Assembly: GCA_001938485.1 (NCBI GenBank)
Contig: MQRK01226569.1
Coordinates: 1 to 64,000 of the forward strand
Direction of reading: 5' to 3'
DNA: 64,000 bases
Source: Girardia tigrina
Taxonomy: Eukaryota
The notes below the pieces were generated by a model that was not told the DNA's origin, did not search any database, and worked only from the letters and a program-made list of their open reading frames with translations. The position numbers and the translations under genes are program-made. Positions 13,552 to 26,166 of the stretch are shown one piece after another. The stretch's first letter is position 1. Every line of letters starts with the position of its first letter.

Positions 13552-14420
13552 TACTTAGGCATGTTTTAGTTTGCATCTAAACAATGACTAACAATGATCC
13601 ATTGTTGCATGGTTTTGAAGGGCTTTGGCTGTATAAGTGCACGTATTGGAACGGAAAAGGGACATTTGAATATCCTTCTATTACCCAACCGAAAAGTCAA
13701 AAACATGTTCAGAATCACTTCTTGATCGTTCTCGTCGACAGTATGGCCAGATATTGGTAGCTCAATATTTATGATCGGATAAAGAATGCCCATCTGCACA
13801 GGACTCCTGAACGATAAATAAATTGTGGTTCTTATACATGCCCATAAAAAACTGCCATAAAATATATAAAACAAAAGAATGAATACAGATACATTTGTTA
13901 GGTTAGCACTGAATAAATTTTAATGATATTAATAGTACCGTAAATGCACGAAACATCTCAGACAAAAGACGCACAGATACTTTGAATCAAATTTAAGATA
14001 ATTTTTAAATCCAATAAACTTTTATGTATTCTCCTTTTAAGGCATTTTATAAGATATTAAAAAAAACAAAATGTACAAAAAATATTTTGGAATATATATA
14101 AAATCCCACAAAATGGATTACCAAAATGTAATTACTGAAAGCAAGTCTTCATTAAGTAATAATAATTATTATTTTCGACGTAATAATTATTAATAAAAAA
14201 TAATCAAATAATTTATCAATGTGATAGAAAATATCTGGTTACTATTGCAGGGAATTACATCACCGCCATTTCATCGTTATGTAATCTGGCTGAGATCATC
14301 GTGACAATTAGAAAAAATAACTTACACCGATGACATAAGCGCACCCTGGCTCTATTTGTGCTCCTATTTTACATCTCTTTTTATATATATGTCAGACGAA
14401 ATTCTAATAAATCTGAGTCA

Positions 14421-14738
14421 ATGAAAATGAATATGAAAATTTATATTGCAATATTTTGTGTATTGATCGTTAAATCTTTGTGCTCCGCCATAGACATGGC
14501 CCCTGACTTGAGCGAAGAATGGGGGCATTATAAGTCAAAGTTCAACAAAACATATTCAAGTCTTCAGGAGGAAAATTATAGAAGAACAGTATGGGAAGAA
14601 AATGTCAAATTAATTAACAAACATAATATTCAATACGATCTCGGTTTGAAAACATATGCGATGGGGATAAATAAATTTACGGATAGAACATCTAAGGAGT
14701 TGATGTTGAAACCTTTGCCCTATCCAGTGAAAGATCAG
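14421..14738 (+). CDS. Cathepsin L-like paralog B, exon 1 with an internal ~30-codon deletion (I29 prodomain only; pseudogene or stand-alone inhibitor)
   Basis: Signal peptide, EENYRRTVWEENVKLINKHN, GINKFTD, then directly PVKDQ|gt; lacks the SVDWR segment. No exon 2 found. Confidence 0.8.
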
Positions 14739-14953
14739 GTATTTGATATATATTAATCATAGAAAATTTATTTTTATTTTTTGTCTTATTGTTTGATTTG
14801 TATTGTTCAAGTAATTGCCGATCATAATTTTTTAAATTAATTTTATATTTATTAATATCAATTTCATTTTTTAACTTGAGTGCCCTTGAAGGGTCAGTAA
14901 CATTGGTAACACGTTAAAACATCAAAAAAAGTTTTAATAAAACATTAAATGAA

Positions 14954-15833
14954 ATGATGTATAAAGAAAGAATTACGATTATGGCTTGTACAAATGCAAA
15001 TGGAAACCATAAATTACCGTTAATATTCATTGGAAAATCAAACAACCCGCGATGTTTCAAAAATGTAATTCTACCTGAAATACATTATCGGGCTTCAAAA
15101 AATGCTTGGCAAACACGAGGACTATTTAAGGAATAGTTTACTGATGTATTCGTACCACAAGTAAGAAAATATCTATTAATGAAAAATTTACCTCCCAAAA
15201 CTGTCCTTCTTGATAATTCTACTTCCCATTTCAGTGAGAAGCCATTAACATCCGATTATGGAAACATAACTGTCTATTTCTTTCCACCCAATACCACTGC
15301 TATATTGCAACCATTAGATCAAAATATCATCAAAACACTGAAACAAATTAATAGAAAGAAACTTCTTTTCCATTTAACTTCGCAATCAGGAGATAACTTA
15401 AATAATAAGTTAGATGACATAAATTTGAAAGATGTTGCATACCTTGTCACATAAGCATGAAATGAAGTCGGCAACTCGATTATTTCGAGTGGATTCCAAC
15501 AACTGACACGTATTGCCAATTTAGAATCAATACCTATTGATATTAAGGAATGTGATAAGAAATCATTAATCACTTTATATCGGCATGTTGTCCCAGATTC
15601 AAATGTAGAAGGTGAAGAAATAATGCAATGGGCATCGGGAGCCCATGAAATTTCCGGTAAAATAGTCACGGAGGAAAATATAGTTGATGAAATTCGTTCT
15701 GGCTGTAAAGATCAAAACAATGAAAGCTTTAATCCAGATATTAGTATCAATATTGTTATCAAAAGCTTAAATATTACCATTGATTATGCAGAAAGAAATT
15801 CTATTTTTACGAAGAATACGCGAGAAAATTATT
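14954..15833 (+). mobile_element. pogo/Tigger-like (DDE_1) transposase remnant
   Basis: KERITIMACTNANGNHKLPLIFIGKSNNPRCF, LLDN...H, PPNTTAILQPLDQ, with stop codons. Confidence 0.88.
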
Positions 15834-16533
15834 TCTAAAATATATATTATAAAAGCCCAAGTCACTCACTGCTTCACTAACGCTGACGTAATCAAGCGAG
15901 ATAAAAAAACCCGAGTGTGTCGGGTAGTATATATATCCGGCACACTATAAATAANNNNNNNNNNNNNNNNNNNNNNNNNNNNNNNNNNNNNNNNNNNNNN
16001 NNNNNNNNNNNNNNNNNNNNNNNNNNNNNNNNNNNNNNNNNNNNNNNNNNNNNNNNNNNNNNNNNNNNNNNNNNNNNNNNNNNNNNNNNNNNNNNNNNNN
16101 NNNNNNNNNNNNNNNNNNNNNNNNNNNNNNNNNNNNNNNNNNNNNNNNNNNNNNNNNNNNNNNNNNNNNNNNNNNNNNNNNNNNNNNNNNNNNNNNNNNN
16201 NNNNNNNNNNNNNNNNNNNNNNNNNNNNNNNNNNNNNNNNNNNNNNNNNNNNNNNNNNNNNNNNNNNNNNNNNNNNNNNNNNNNNNNNNNNNNNNNNNNN
16301 NNNNNNNNNNNNNNNNNNNNNNNNNNNNNNNNNNNNNNNNNNNNNNNNNNNNNNNNNNNNNNNNNNNNNNNNNNNNNNNNNNNNNNNNNNNNNNNNNNNN
16401 NNNNNNNNNNNNNNNNNTACCTTACAGCGTTAGTGAGGCAGTGAGGCAGGCAGTGAGTTACTTGGGCTTTTATAATATAAAAAAAATTGAACCCCCGGCA
16501 AGAGAGGGCCGCGAAGCGGGCCGAGCGCGCTAG
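15834..16533 (+). mobile_element. Non-autonomous Helitron/Helentron-like element spanning an assembly gap
   Basis: 5' TC start; subterminal inverted repeat tattataaaagcccaagtcactcactgc versus gcagtgagttacttgggcttttataata; 3' hairpin and CTAG|T. Confidence 0.7.
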
Positions 16534-16747
16534 TTACAATATAAATAAATTGTTGTTTCTTTTCATTCTCTCTTTTTTCAGATTCATTTTGTCTTTTGCT
16601 ATTATAAATTATTTTTATACACCAATTTCACAAATTGCAACTTTTTTGGATAAATTGTTTCAAAAAAGTTGCAATTTGTGAATTTACTGTATTAATAAAT
16701 GCTTATATGAATGAATAAATAAATAATTAAATTAATATTTTGATCAC

Positions 16748-17082
16748 CGAAAATGAAAATGAACTTACTCATTATTGGGTTCGAATTCACAATTGGTAGG
16801 GTCAGTTTTACATTGTATTTATGACATGCAAGAATACGTCTTTTTAATTTTATGCAGATAGTAAAATTTGAAGAAAGATCGTGTTTTCAAAAATTCCTTA
16901 TGTTAACGAATGGTGAAAAAAATTAGGAGAACAAAGAAATATGTGGTTTTTACCTAAAAATTAATCACTTTTTTAATTGACCGAGCCAATAGAAATCCAG
17001 AAACATTTTGGAATAGGCTGGTTTTATTTATTATTAATAAATCTTTTTCGACGTTATTGTTCGGTGTTTTAACGTTCCACGG
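16748..17082. repeat. Non-autonomous DNA-transposon-like repeat, copy 2 (internally deleted relative to 10425-10935)
   Basis: Direct sequence match to copy 1. Confidence 0.6.
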
Positions 17083-18302
17083 TAGAAAATTATATCATGA
17101 TTTATAACAATGTTTATTAATGGTTAATTTTTGATACAATTTTCTTAGATGCATCGCAAGAAATCAGGACACTCCAAACCGAAACTGTCCCGTCCGAAAA
17201 AGAACAAGAAGCATAATTCATGAAGATTTAGTTGGGAAATCCAACCCAAGAATTTTTTTAAGAAATTTGATAAAATATAATTTTTTGAATAAATTTAATA
17301 AACAAATTTTGTAATGTTTGACATATTTTTCATTTCTCAAGTTTATTTATTTTTTTGATACGAACCTTATATTTTGTACATCATTACATCGTTTGAATCA
17401 TGTATTAGTTAATGTAACACGTTTTAAATTTGTGGTATGAACCCACATATGCATTCATTTAAATAAACCTATTGAAATATTCCTGGATTCATGAATATGA
17501 TGTTACACAAACTGCAAATTGTATTAGTAAAGAAATTTGGTGTCAGTAAGATATACATTGGCATTACGGTTATATGTAGTGATGTCGTAAGGGGATGCGG
17601 ACTGCACCGGGTAAAACCAAAGGAAAAATACAGATCAGGTGCTTATAAATTCATAGTTGAATAAATACGCGACAAAAAGGAAGCTCAGTGTCAGGGACAC
17701 TGGGTGTCATCAGTTTGCCTACAGAACATCTGGGTCACATTTTAAGCCTTCATTTATTTCGATATTTGAGAGAGCACTGGGACATCGGGTTTCATGCCAG
17801 CACTGAGGCCCACTATTACGATCGTTCATCCTTCTCGGTAATCAGGACCAATCAGGTATTGAAGCAAATATCGAGCCGAGTAATATTGGGTTATGTCTCG
17901 AGAGATCTATAATTCATAAAAAGTGGGTCCCTACCTCCGCCATATATAACGATACCATCTCAGTGAACACACTAGAATGGGGTCATTGATCTTCAATTAA
18001 GTGCATCTGTCATAATTGACAGTACCCACAACAGCGAACACGCTGATGTGGAGTCGGGGAACCTTATATAAATCATCATACACACTGATCTTTCTGCTTA
18101 TATGAATCCTCAATATCATCAATAAGACTTTACCACAAACCATGACCAGCCATAAAGACCAAGTCAGAGTCACAATCATCAAAGATTGTCCCCTCTTGCA
18201 GCGCCTCCAATGTGGTTGTTTGGTCGTGGATCTCGTCATTGAATTTGTGTACGTTTCTTCTCTCCTACTGTCCTCGAATGCCGTCCATTGTTTCTGACTC
18301 CA

Positions 18303-19620
18303 TCAAATATTGGACTCCACACAGGCGTTCGTGATCGATTTGATTCTATGTCCTAAATTTAAACCATTAAGGATAGTTTTATTATTGGGTATCCATGCAC
18401 CAAGTGCACCACCAATGAAAGTATATAATGTAACTGTAAACCCATAACTTTCGGTAATTTCCTCAAGAACATAAAAGTACTTGTCAAAATTCCTGATGTC
18501 AGCGACCTCAAGATTCTGCATCGTATCGTAAGGACGCTTGACATCAACAAGAAACAAAGTATTTTTATTCTCAAAATAAATCTGCAGATCAACACGATAC
18601 GTAGAGGCGTAGTACCTGCATGTCCCATTCACATGAAGAACTGCTCCAGAGTTCATTCTGATTTCAGCTACAACGATATCAAGCACAGCATTGTGTCTTG
18701 CACTCCAGAAGTTGTTCATTGGCATGCAACCAACAAGAACATCTGAAAGAGTTTCATCATCGGAAGAACCCCTGCGACAGTGTACGTGATAATCCATCCA
18801 GGAACGACACCTCACAGGGATCGTGTATGATCTGGCCTGATGAATAAATTCCCATTCAGCATTTGTAAGTCGACTAGCATAGAGTGGTGAGTTGAAATAT
18901 GCATATTTAGGTAAGGCAGGCGAATACCTTCCAGCATTTTTGAGCTTATACCACTGTACCAAAATATGAGTTCGAGATACAATTACAAAGGGTTTTAGTA
19001 AGTTTGTCCCTATTATTCGGAGTAAAACATTCGCTGGTATAGACGTCACCTACATGTTGATACACACTCAGTACGCCATCCGGGTTGGTATAAAGGAATT
19101 TCACAGTAATATTGTGAATTTCCTTGATATCGCGTATGGCGTGCTGAGTTTTATACCACCAACAATTAAGTTCATCTTCATAGTGGTTATTGAGCGTGTC
19201 AAAAACAGCATTGTCGTCTACTGTTCGGTCGGGTAAAGAGTGTCTAAGAGTTACATTAGCAGCTTCTACAATGTTCAAATCAGTCGGGTTGAGCATGTAG
19301 AAAGGATGACTAATGGATTGTATTCTGTATTCATCCACTGTAGAAGTGAGACCAATCCCCCTATTTTCTCCAGACACATAAATGTATGATGTGGATTTGT
19401 TGTCCGGAACACCTAAAATAGGTTTAATAACCATCCTTATCCTAATATCCCATCCTGTGACAAACTCAGTCAGTTTCCCAAAGGGAATGAATGTATTCCT
19501 AAACTGAAAAGTGAGTTTTGAGTGCTCAAAGAGCATATATGCATACAATTTCTGCCAGGGGGACAGCAGGGACATGTTGATGTGATTCGCATTCGATGGG
19601 AGTTTGTATAACTAGGAAAG
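18303..19620 (-). mobile_element. C-terminal part of a non-LTR retrotransposon with restriction-like endonuclease (R2/NeSL group), frameshifted
   Basis: RGIGL thumb region, degenerate CCHC (CRRG...ETLSDVLVGC), RHNAV, RVDL, LVDVKRPYD, KY, GALGAW. Confidence 0.8.
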
Positions 19621-19655
19621 AACTTTTGGGCATTTATTACTTCTGTCAACATTTC

Positions 19656-19922
19656 TGTTAGGAATATTTTAAATTTGGTATGTTTAAATTGGTTTGTTGA
19701 ATTTTGTATGTTGAGTTTAGTATTTGGAAATGTGTTTCTCCCACCCACATGGAAAATTGATATTTTAGATGTTCACGATAGATAATTTCGAGTATAATTT
19801 ACTTTTTAAAGTACAGCATAAGATATTTAAAAACATTAAAAATATTAAATCGTTTCAAATTTTCATATTAAAATTTAAATAAAATAAATAGTTTTAACTA
19901 AGTTTTGAATTAAATAAATGTT
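19656..19922 (+). repeat. LTR of the TGTGAGGA...TCTTAACA Gypsy family, truncated by a gap
   Basis: Near-identical to 56398-56666. Confidence 0.75.
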
Positions 19923-19973
19923 NNNNNNNNNNNNNNNNNNNNNNNNNNNNNNNNNNNNNNNNNNNNNNNNNNN

Positions 19974-20008
<35 letters not shown>

Positions 20009-20089
20009 ATATAATATAAATAGTAATGTATGAGTTAATTTTCCTCAAAATTTTCATAAAAAAAATCACGAAATGCCTAGTACGAATCA

Positions 20090-20327
20090 TTCAAATCGGC
20101 GTTGATTTACCAATTTAACGTTCTGTACGGTTTTTGGACGATTTCTTCGGCTTCCCAGGGTCTTTCGGCAAAGACGTATCTCTTGAACGACTTTGATACG
20201 GGCTATCAAGTTTGACCACGTCATTACATGGATACGCCAGTTTTCTTCAGTAATTTGACATTTCGATCATAGCGTAACCGACAAACAAACAAACAAACAC
20301 ACTTTTTAGAAAGTATATAATATATAG
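20090..20327 (-). mobile_element. Probable 5' end of a Helitron/DINE-like element
   Basis: Minus strand begins ctatatattata followed by a (GTTT)n microsatellite, typical of non-autonomous rolling-circle elements. Confidence 0.45.
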
Positions 20328-20713
20328 TTTAATTTATAAATATTCATATATTAATTATTCTCACAAAGCATTTTTATCCATTAATAAAACCAAACTTTAT
20401 TATCAATTAAAAATATTACAAGGTGTCATGAAAATATAAATAATATATATTAATTTATTAAATCATCTCTTCAGTCAACAATCATTTGATAATAAAAATA
20501 AACAATATTTTTTAATATTTTTATAATTAAAATGTCAGTTTCACATACGTATACTATAATATGAATAATTTTAACAAAAAGGGTAAGAAATTGAATGTCG
20601 GACATTATAGGATAATATGAAAAGAGTTATGGCTTTTATAACTAAACACCAAACCGATATTGAAGAATCAGTGATAATATTATAAATATAACTATTAAGA
20701 ATTTTAAAGATTG

Positions 20714-20906
20714 TCATTTATTATTTTGGTATTTATTATCTGTAATGATAATGATTTTGGAATCTGTTGCTTTGGTTATTGTTTTTGTTGTAGGAAATAC
20801 TTTTACATTTATTGTTGGATAACTCGCCATTGAGGCCACTCCACATTGATTATTTTTACCTTTTGACATCAAAATATATCCTGATTGTCCCCAACTTGTC
20901 CCCCAA
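20714..20906 (-). CDS. Orphan cathepsin L terminal exon with a C-terminal extension
   Basis: attaag|[31 protein letters not shown]; same splice phase as the exon at 26359-26458. Confidence 0.8.
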
Positions 20907-21417
20907 CTTAATGACATTTATTCTATAAATATATTTCTGTCATTTTACCTATTAGTATAAAAATTAGTATATAAGCAATAGTTATTTCAGTTACAATTCA
21001 CACAAATTATTACACAAAGAAGATTTAAACCTGAATGTACGGTAAATTAGATTTTTGTTAATATTAAGAAATATTTAAGTATCCTGTAAAGGAGAAAGGT
21101 TAAGTTTATAAAATAAATTGTAACATTTCGAAAATATCAGTATCCTATAAAGGAGAAGTTAAGTTTTAAATAAAATATTTTAGCATCGCTCGAACTAAAA
21201 AGTTGTTGTAACTGTTTAATCGAAGTTTGATCTTTGAATTGAAGTGTACTGAAAAGGTTGAATTTATATTTGTACTTCAATTGTTGTTTGCAGAATAAAT
21301 TATTATTAAAAGGTCTTGTTCATTCTTCATATATTATTGTTGGAAGAAACCTTTTGAAACCCATCTCAAAATCAGTCTGAAGATCCACATGGTCAGAATA
21401 ATAGCCCTCAGAGATTT

Positions 21418-21768
21418 ATGAAAATGATAGCAAAGGAGTTTTATAATAAGTGTAGGGGTATTGCCCCGCCGAATCCGGAGGTTCTCTGTCCCGGCGCATG
21501 TTTCTGTTGTGGAGACATAATCCATCAAAGAAGAGAATGTCCCTTGAGACATCGTTGTTTAATATGTGGTAAGCACGATCATAGATTCAAAGATTGTTAT
21601 TTGGCAAAAAAACGAAATAAAATTTTCCCAAGACGAATAATATGCATTCATGATGATGAAACTGATGACCCGATCGTGGAAAAATTACAGGAAATTGAAG
21701 AAGATAACGACGAAAAATATCGATATCAACACCTCGTGTCTATCTCGTCAGTGGGGTTGAGTCAGTAA
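21418..21768 (+). mobile_element. LTR-retrotransposon gag remnant with two CCHC zinc knuckles
   Basis: CFCCGDIIHQRREC and CLICGKHDHRFKDC (C-x2-C-x4-H-x4-C). Confidence 0.7.
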
Positions 21769-21907
21769 ATATGATTGAAGGAAGAGAAAGAGGATGAAGA
21801 ATGAGATAGGTTATGAAAGAGGGGATGTTCCAGAAGGCAGATGGTAGAATATGGAGTTTGATGAATTGATGTCAAAAGCATTGCATTTCATGTAATGTCC
21901 AAAGTAA

Positions 21908-22250
21908 TGCCGTACCGATATCCGCAGCAGGTCTCCAAGGTGAGCAGCATCTAGTGTTAGAACAGTGTAGGTAAGGGAAGTCGGAAAATTAGATCCATAC
22001 CTTCGGTAAAAGGATTGGCTCTAGGGATCGGGTATGATGGGCTTTATTGAGAAGTTGATTGGATGGGACTTGAGCTTTCTTCGGTAAATGGCAGGAGTAA
22101 CTATGACTCTGTTGTGGTTGTGCCTAAAGTTTATTGGTTTTGGCGCTTTTTCCGACCGATTGATGGGCAAATTTAGCTAGATGACTTATTTTTCGGAATT
22201 TGTTGTCGTCGTTATACAATTAGCGATCAACTTAGAACTGGAACGGACTA

Positions 22251-22285
<35 letters not shown>

Positions 22286-22375
22286 CGATCGCTGGTGAAC
22301 GGCTTTGACGCAATGTGATTTCTGCCCAGTGCCATGAATGTCAATGTGAAGAAATTCAATTAAGCGCTGGTAAAT

Positions 22376-22435
<60 letters not shown>

Positions 22436-22518
22436 TGCACGAATGGATTAACGAGATTCCTACTGTCCCTATCTTATATCTAGCGAAACTACAGCCAAGG
22501 GAACGGGCTTGGAACGTA

Positions 22519-22559
<41 letters not shown>

Positions 22560-22680
22560 ACTTTGTGAAGAAACATTAAAGGTGTAGTATAAGTGGGGAC
22601 TTTGGTCAGCAATGAAATACCACTACTTTGATCGTTTCTTTACTAACTCAGTAATGCAGTAAAGTTAACTTCGGTTAATT
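21908..22680 (+). rRNA. 28S rRNA: 28S (LSU) rDNA orphon, pseudogenic fragment
   Basis: Universal LSU blocks tccgcagcaggtctccaaggtg, gtaagggaagtcgg, gactgtctaattaaaacaaagcattgcga, gagtaactatgactctcttaaggtagccaaatgcctcgtcatctaattagtgacg and gcggggaaagaagaccctgttgagcttgactctagt, with scattered substitutions; no flanking rDNA unit. Confidence 0.95.
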
Positions 22681-22734
22681 TATTTAATGAGAAAATAATT
22701 TCAATTATGTTTATGTAATCATTATGTAATTTAA

Positions 22735-22983
22735 ATCATGAAAATACTTTCAATAAAGTTGAAGAGGATGGTATTTGGACATTGATTTTAGGATCAAATG
22801 ATTTGATCAACAATGCTTCACACATAACCCTCTTCCTGTAATTATCAAATTGTGAATACAAAATCTTAAAAATACTTACATCAACTTTACTATTCAAGCA
22901 GTTTTTCTTATGTTGAGCGATATTGCTATCACTTTCGCTGCGATTATGTTCCTGAATCCGCTTACAGAGATGACGACAAGTCT
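22735..22983 (-). mobile_element. Penelope-like GIY-YIG 3' fragment
   Basis: Reverse complement is closely similar to 5220-5465. Confidence 0.85.
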
Positions 22984-22995
22984 AAAAGATTGATA

Positions 22996-24912
22996 TTCTA
23001 AAAATATTAAAATAATCATAAGGAATATTAATTCTGAATAATCGAAAAATAAATTAAAAACCAATTATTTTTGAATTATGAAAATAACTTTAAATTTATA
23101 ATAGTAAAACTTTCACAAGAATGTTTTCATAGAGTTATATTTTAAGAGAAGAAACCTTCGAATTATGAAAAAAACTTTTCAGACTTTTTTATTGAAGACC
23201 AATGTAAAATAACAAAATTATTTTTTCAAAGCTTCAAACTATTTAATAAAACAAAAAAATCAAAAAAAAACAAAACCAAATCACTACCATCTAAAATTTA
23301 ACCAATAATAACAACAACCTAAACAAATAAATTCGAAAAATTAAGACTAAGAATATTTTTATTTATAAATGCTGTTGTATCTCAGAGGAAGATGAGATAT
23401 ATTTATTTGATTTTATATTGAAATTCAGTTTCTTCAAATTTTCGAACTGTGTTTTTATCAAATTATTCACTTTAAGTACATTTTAAGTATTTCAAATCCT
23501 TATTGAGGACATCAATATCACCATTTTTAGTCTCCTGGACGATTTTCAAAATTGGAGATTTTTGAACATTAATAGCATTATTGAAAAAGCTTTTGATATA
23601 AAAACTTTGTCAAGTTCGGTTTTAGTATTTGTTTCTTGATTTCCTTTTAATGCATTTTTAAAACCCTTGGAATCTGTATATTTTTAAACATTAGTTGTCG
23701 AACCTTTTTCCATACCAAAGACAGATGTTTTTCCTAACGTCTGAATAGACTTTTTGTTTTGCGGTTTTTTGGCTCCAACGATAGAGTTTAAAGTAGCGGT
23801 ATTGACTTTCTTTTCGTTGACATTGTTCATATATCTTGACTGAAGGAACACTTTCTGTTTGACCTTTTTCGAATGTCGAGCCGCCTCGGAATTCTCTTTA
23901 TTTTCATCAAATACTTCTAGAACTATACAACTCGGAGACGAATTGATCAATCGATTCGAATTGTGAGATAGGACTTTGATTGGAGAACTTTCCAACGATT
24001 CATGGAGCTTTAATTCTTCAATTTTTGAATTATCCATCTGTAATGACTCTATTTTTGATTCGGTAAAAACAACAACTAATTTAAATCCGGGAAAAATTCG
24101 TATTTCAGACAAAGCTTTTTTCAAATTTTCCTTTTGAACTAATTTAACGAGACGAAAGAGAACATATATTTGTATTTAAACAAATTCACTATTTTTTGTT
24201 GTGATTAAATATTTTTACACCACTGCTTTTTAATTCACTAAACATTTGAAATTGGGCCTTTTAGTCACGTATCAAACAATAAACATTTGATAAATTTAAA
24301 CAAAAACAATTCAAGTATTTTTTGTTACGCAAAAATTGTGATAAATTTTTATCAAAAGCCTTTACACACATACACAATTTTTAAACTAATTACAATTCAC
24401 AGAAACATATTTACATTAATCATTTGTACACACACACAAACCCATTACAGATAATCCACACGCAACACACTCATAATTCAGACCCAATTGGTTCATTCAA
24501 ATTGAATTGTAAACAACAAAATTCAAATTATTTACAATCTGATTTTAAATCAGTGATTTAAATTGAACCATATTTTCGTCAATAATGAGTTCCGGAAACG
24601 ATTTCGATGCTTTCACAGAATTAGTTCGTCAACAAAGTCGAAAATCGACTTAAAATATATCGATTCTCCGGTATTACAAAAAATCGATTCAAAATTGAGT
24701 AAATTTATTGTCGACTCAGACAGTGATGATTCGCTCGTTGAATCGACTTCTGATAATTCGATCGACAGAACGATCTCCCGGCAGTTGAAAATCGATATTC
24801 CTTTGAAATAACAATCGTTTTCGAAGCGACAAAAGATCAAACTGGCGACAATAAATCATCACAAGACCTTATGAACGTGATGATTATATATATAACCATA
24901 TATACTTATATA
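22996..24912 (-). repeat. Unclassified ~1.9-kb dispersed repeat, copy 2 (inverted)
   Basis: Reverse-complement match to 1535-3447; retains a 146-aa ORF (23684-24124). Confidence 0.85.
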
Positions 24913-26076
24913 CAGTCCACCCTCGTTTCCGGGCATTCTTTATGGTGGAGCATCTTGATTTATGGGGAAATTTTTGTTTATGGGGCAAGTTTTAAGATAA
25001 CCGTATTATTATATATTATTTATATTGTATTTTTATTCAAAAAGTACAATTATGTTTCGTTTTTTTTGGCATATTTTTTTACCTAAAAATAATATTTAAT
25101 CTTGGTCTGAAATAAGTATTAAAATTTCCCCAAATTTAAAATAATGCAATCTTTTTTTTTAAAAGTAATGAATAAACTTTTATTATTCTATTAATTAACT
25201 GTTAATTTTTTTAACTTGTGCTTTTGTTAAACATTATGCCAACTATCAGAAGTTCAAATCATTATTAATTGAATATTATTACAAAAATATTTCTAACTTG
25301 GTGATTATTATTCAAAAAGTTAATTTGAAAGTAACGAAAGACAAAGGGGCCGAATTTTATTATCGGATTGTTGTTGGAAGTGTGTGGTAATTTATAAAGA
25401 AAAAGCATTAGTTTGGAAACACAAGACAAAAAAACAACAAAGTTAAAGTCAAACTGTGTATTCTAACAGTTGAATAGACATGGTTTATTAAAACGAAAAC
25501 TTGATAACAAAAAATGAAGAGTATAATAAAATAAAGAATCAATTAACAATTAAATGCTTTTATTATATATAATGATCATTTGATTGTAAGTTAATTTTAT
25601 ATTAAATTTTGTAAAAAAAAACATTATTCCCAATGACGAAAAAAATTTGGAATTGCGAAATGTTTGAAGTATGGAAAAACAACAGAGAGAAAATTAATTG
25701 AAAAATTTTCTACAAGTAAAGGTGCCATTTTTAGAATTAAAAAGAATTTAGACAATATTCTTAACATTTGGGATGAAAGAAAATGTGAAACGAAAATCGG
25801 AAGAAACTATGAAAGAAAATCAATTTAATAAATATAAAGAGTTTAATGGTTTGGTCTTGGAAGTTTTTAATCGCCTAAGATCTTCATCGATTTCATTAAA
25901 TGTAACGATAATCAAAACCATCGCTGTGAAAATTGCAAAAAAAACTTGGATTAGAAAACTTCAAGGCGTCTAATGGGTGGATGGAGAATTTTAAAAAAAC
26001 GGAATAAATTGGAGTTTAAGCGAATTGCCGGTGAATCAAGATTTGCTGATTTGGAACATTTAGATGAATTTTACGA
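24913..26076 (+). mobile_element. Tigger/pogo-like element, 5' portion (CENP-B-type HTH remnant)
   Basis: TA|cagtccaccctcg TIR-like start; degraded ASNGWMENFKKRNKL...IAGES motif. Confidence 0.7.
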
Positions 26077-26166
26077 TGTGAGATTATTTTGCGTCCCCCG
26101 TCTCGGAAACTCTGATTTCCCAACCCAGGACCCCGCAGTCATGGTGCGCCCGCTCTCATACCAACA
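26077..26166 (-). repeat. Short GC-rich TG...CA LTR-like fragment
   Basis: Related to 50325-50413 (acccag.accccgca...ctcata.caaca); TG/CA ends. Confidence 0.45.

Noticed and set aside
21908-22680. Functional rDNA unit
   Set aside because: Only ~770 bp, with substitutions in conserved blocks and transposon debris on both sides.
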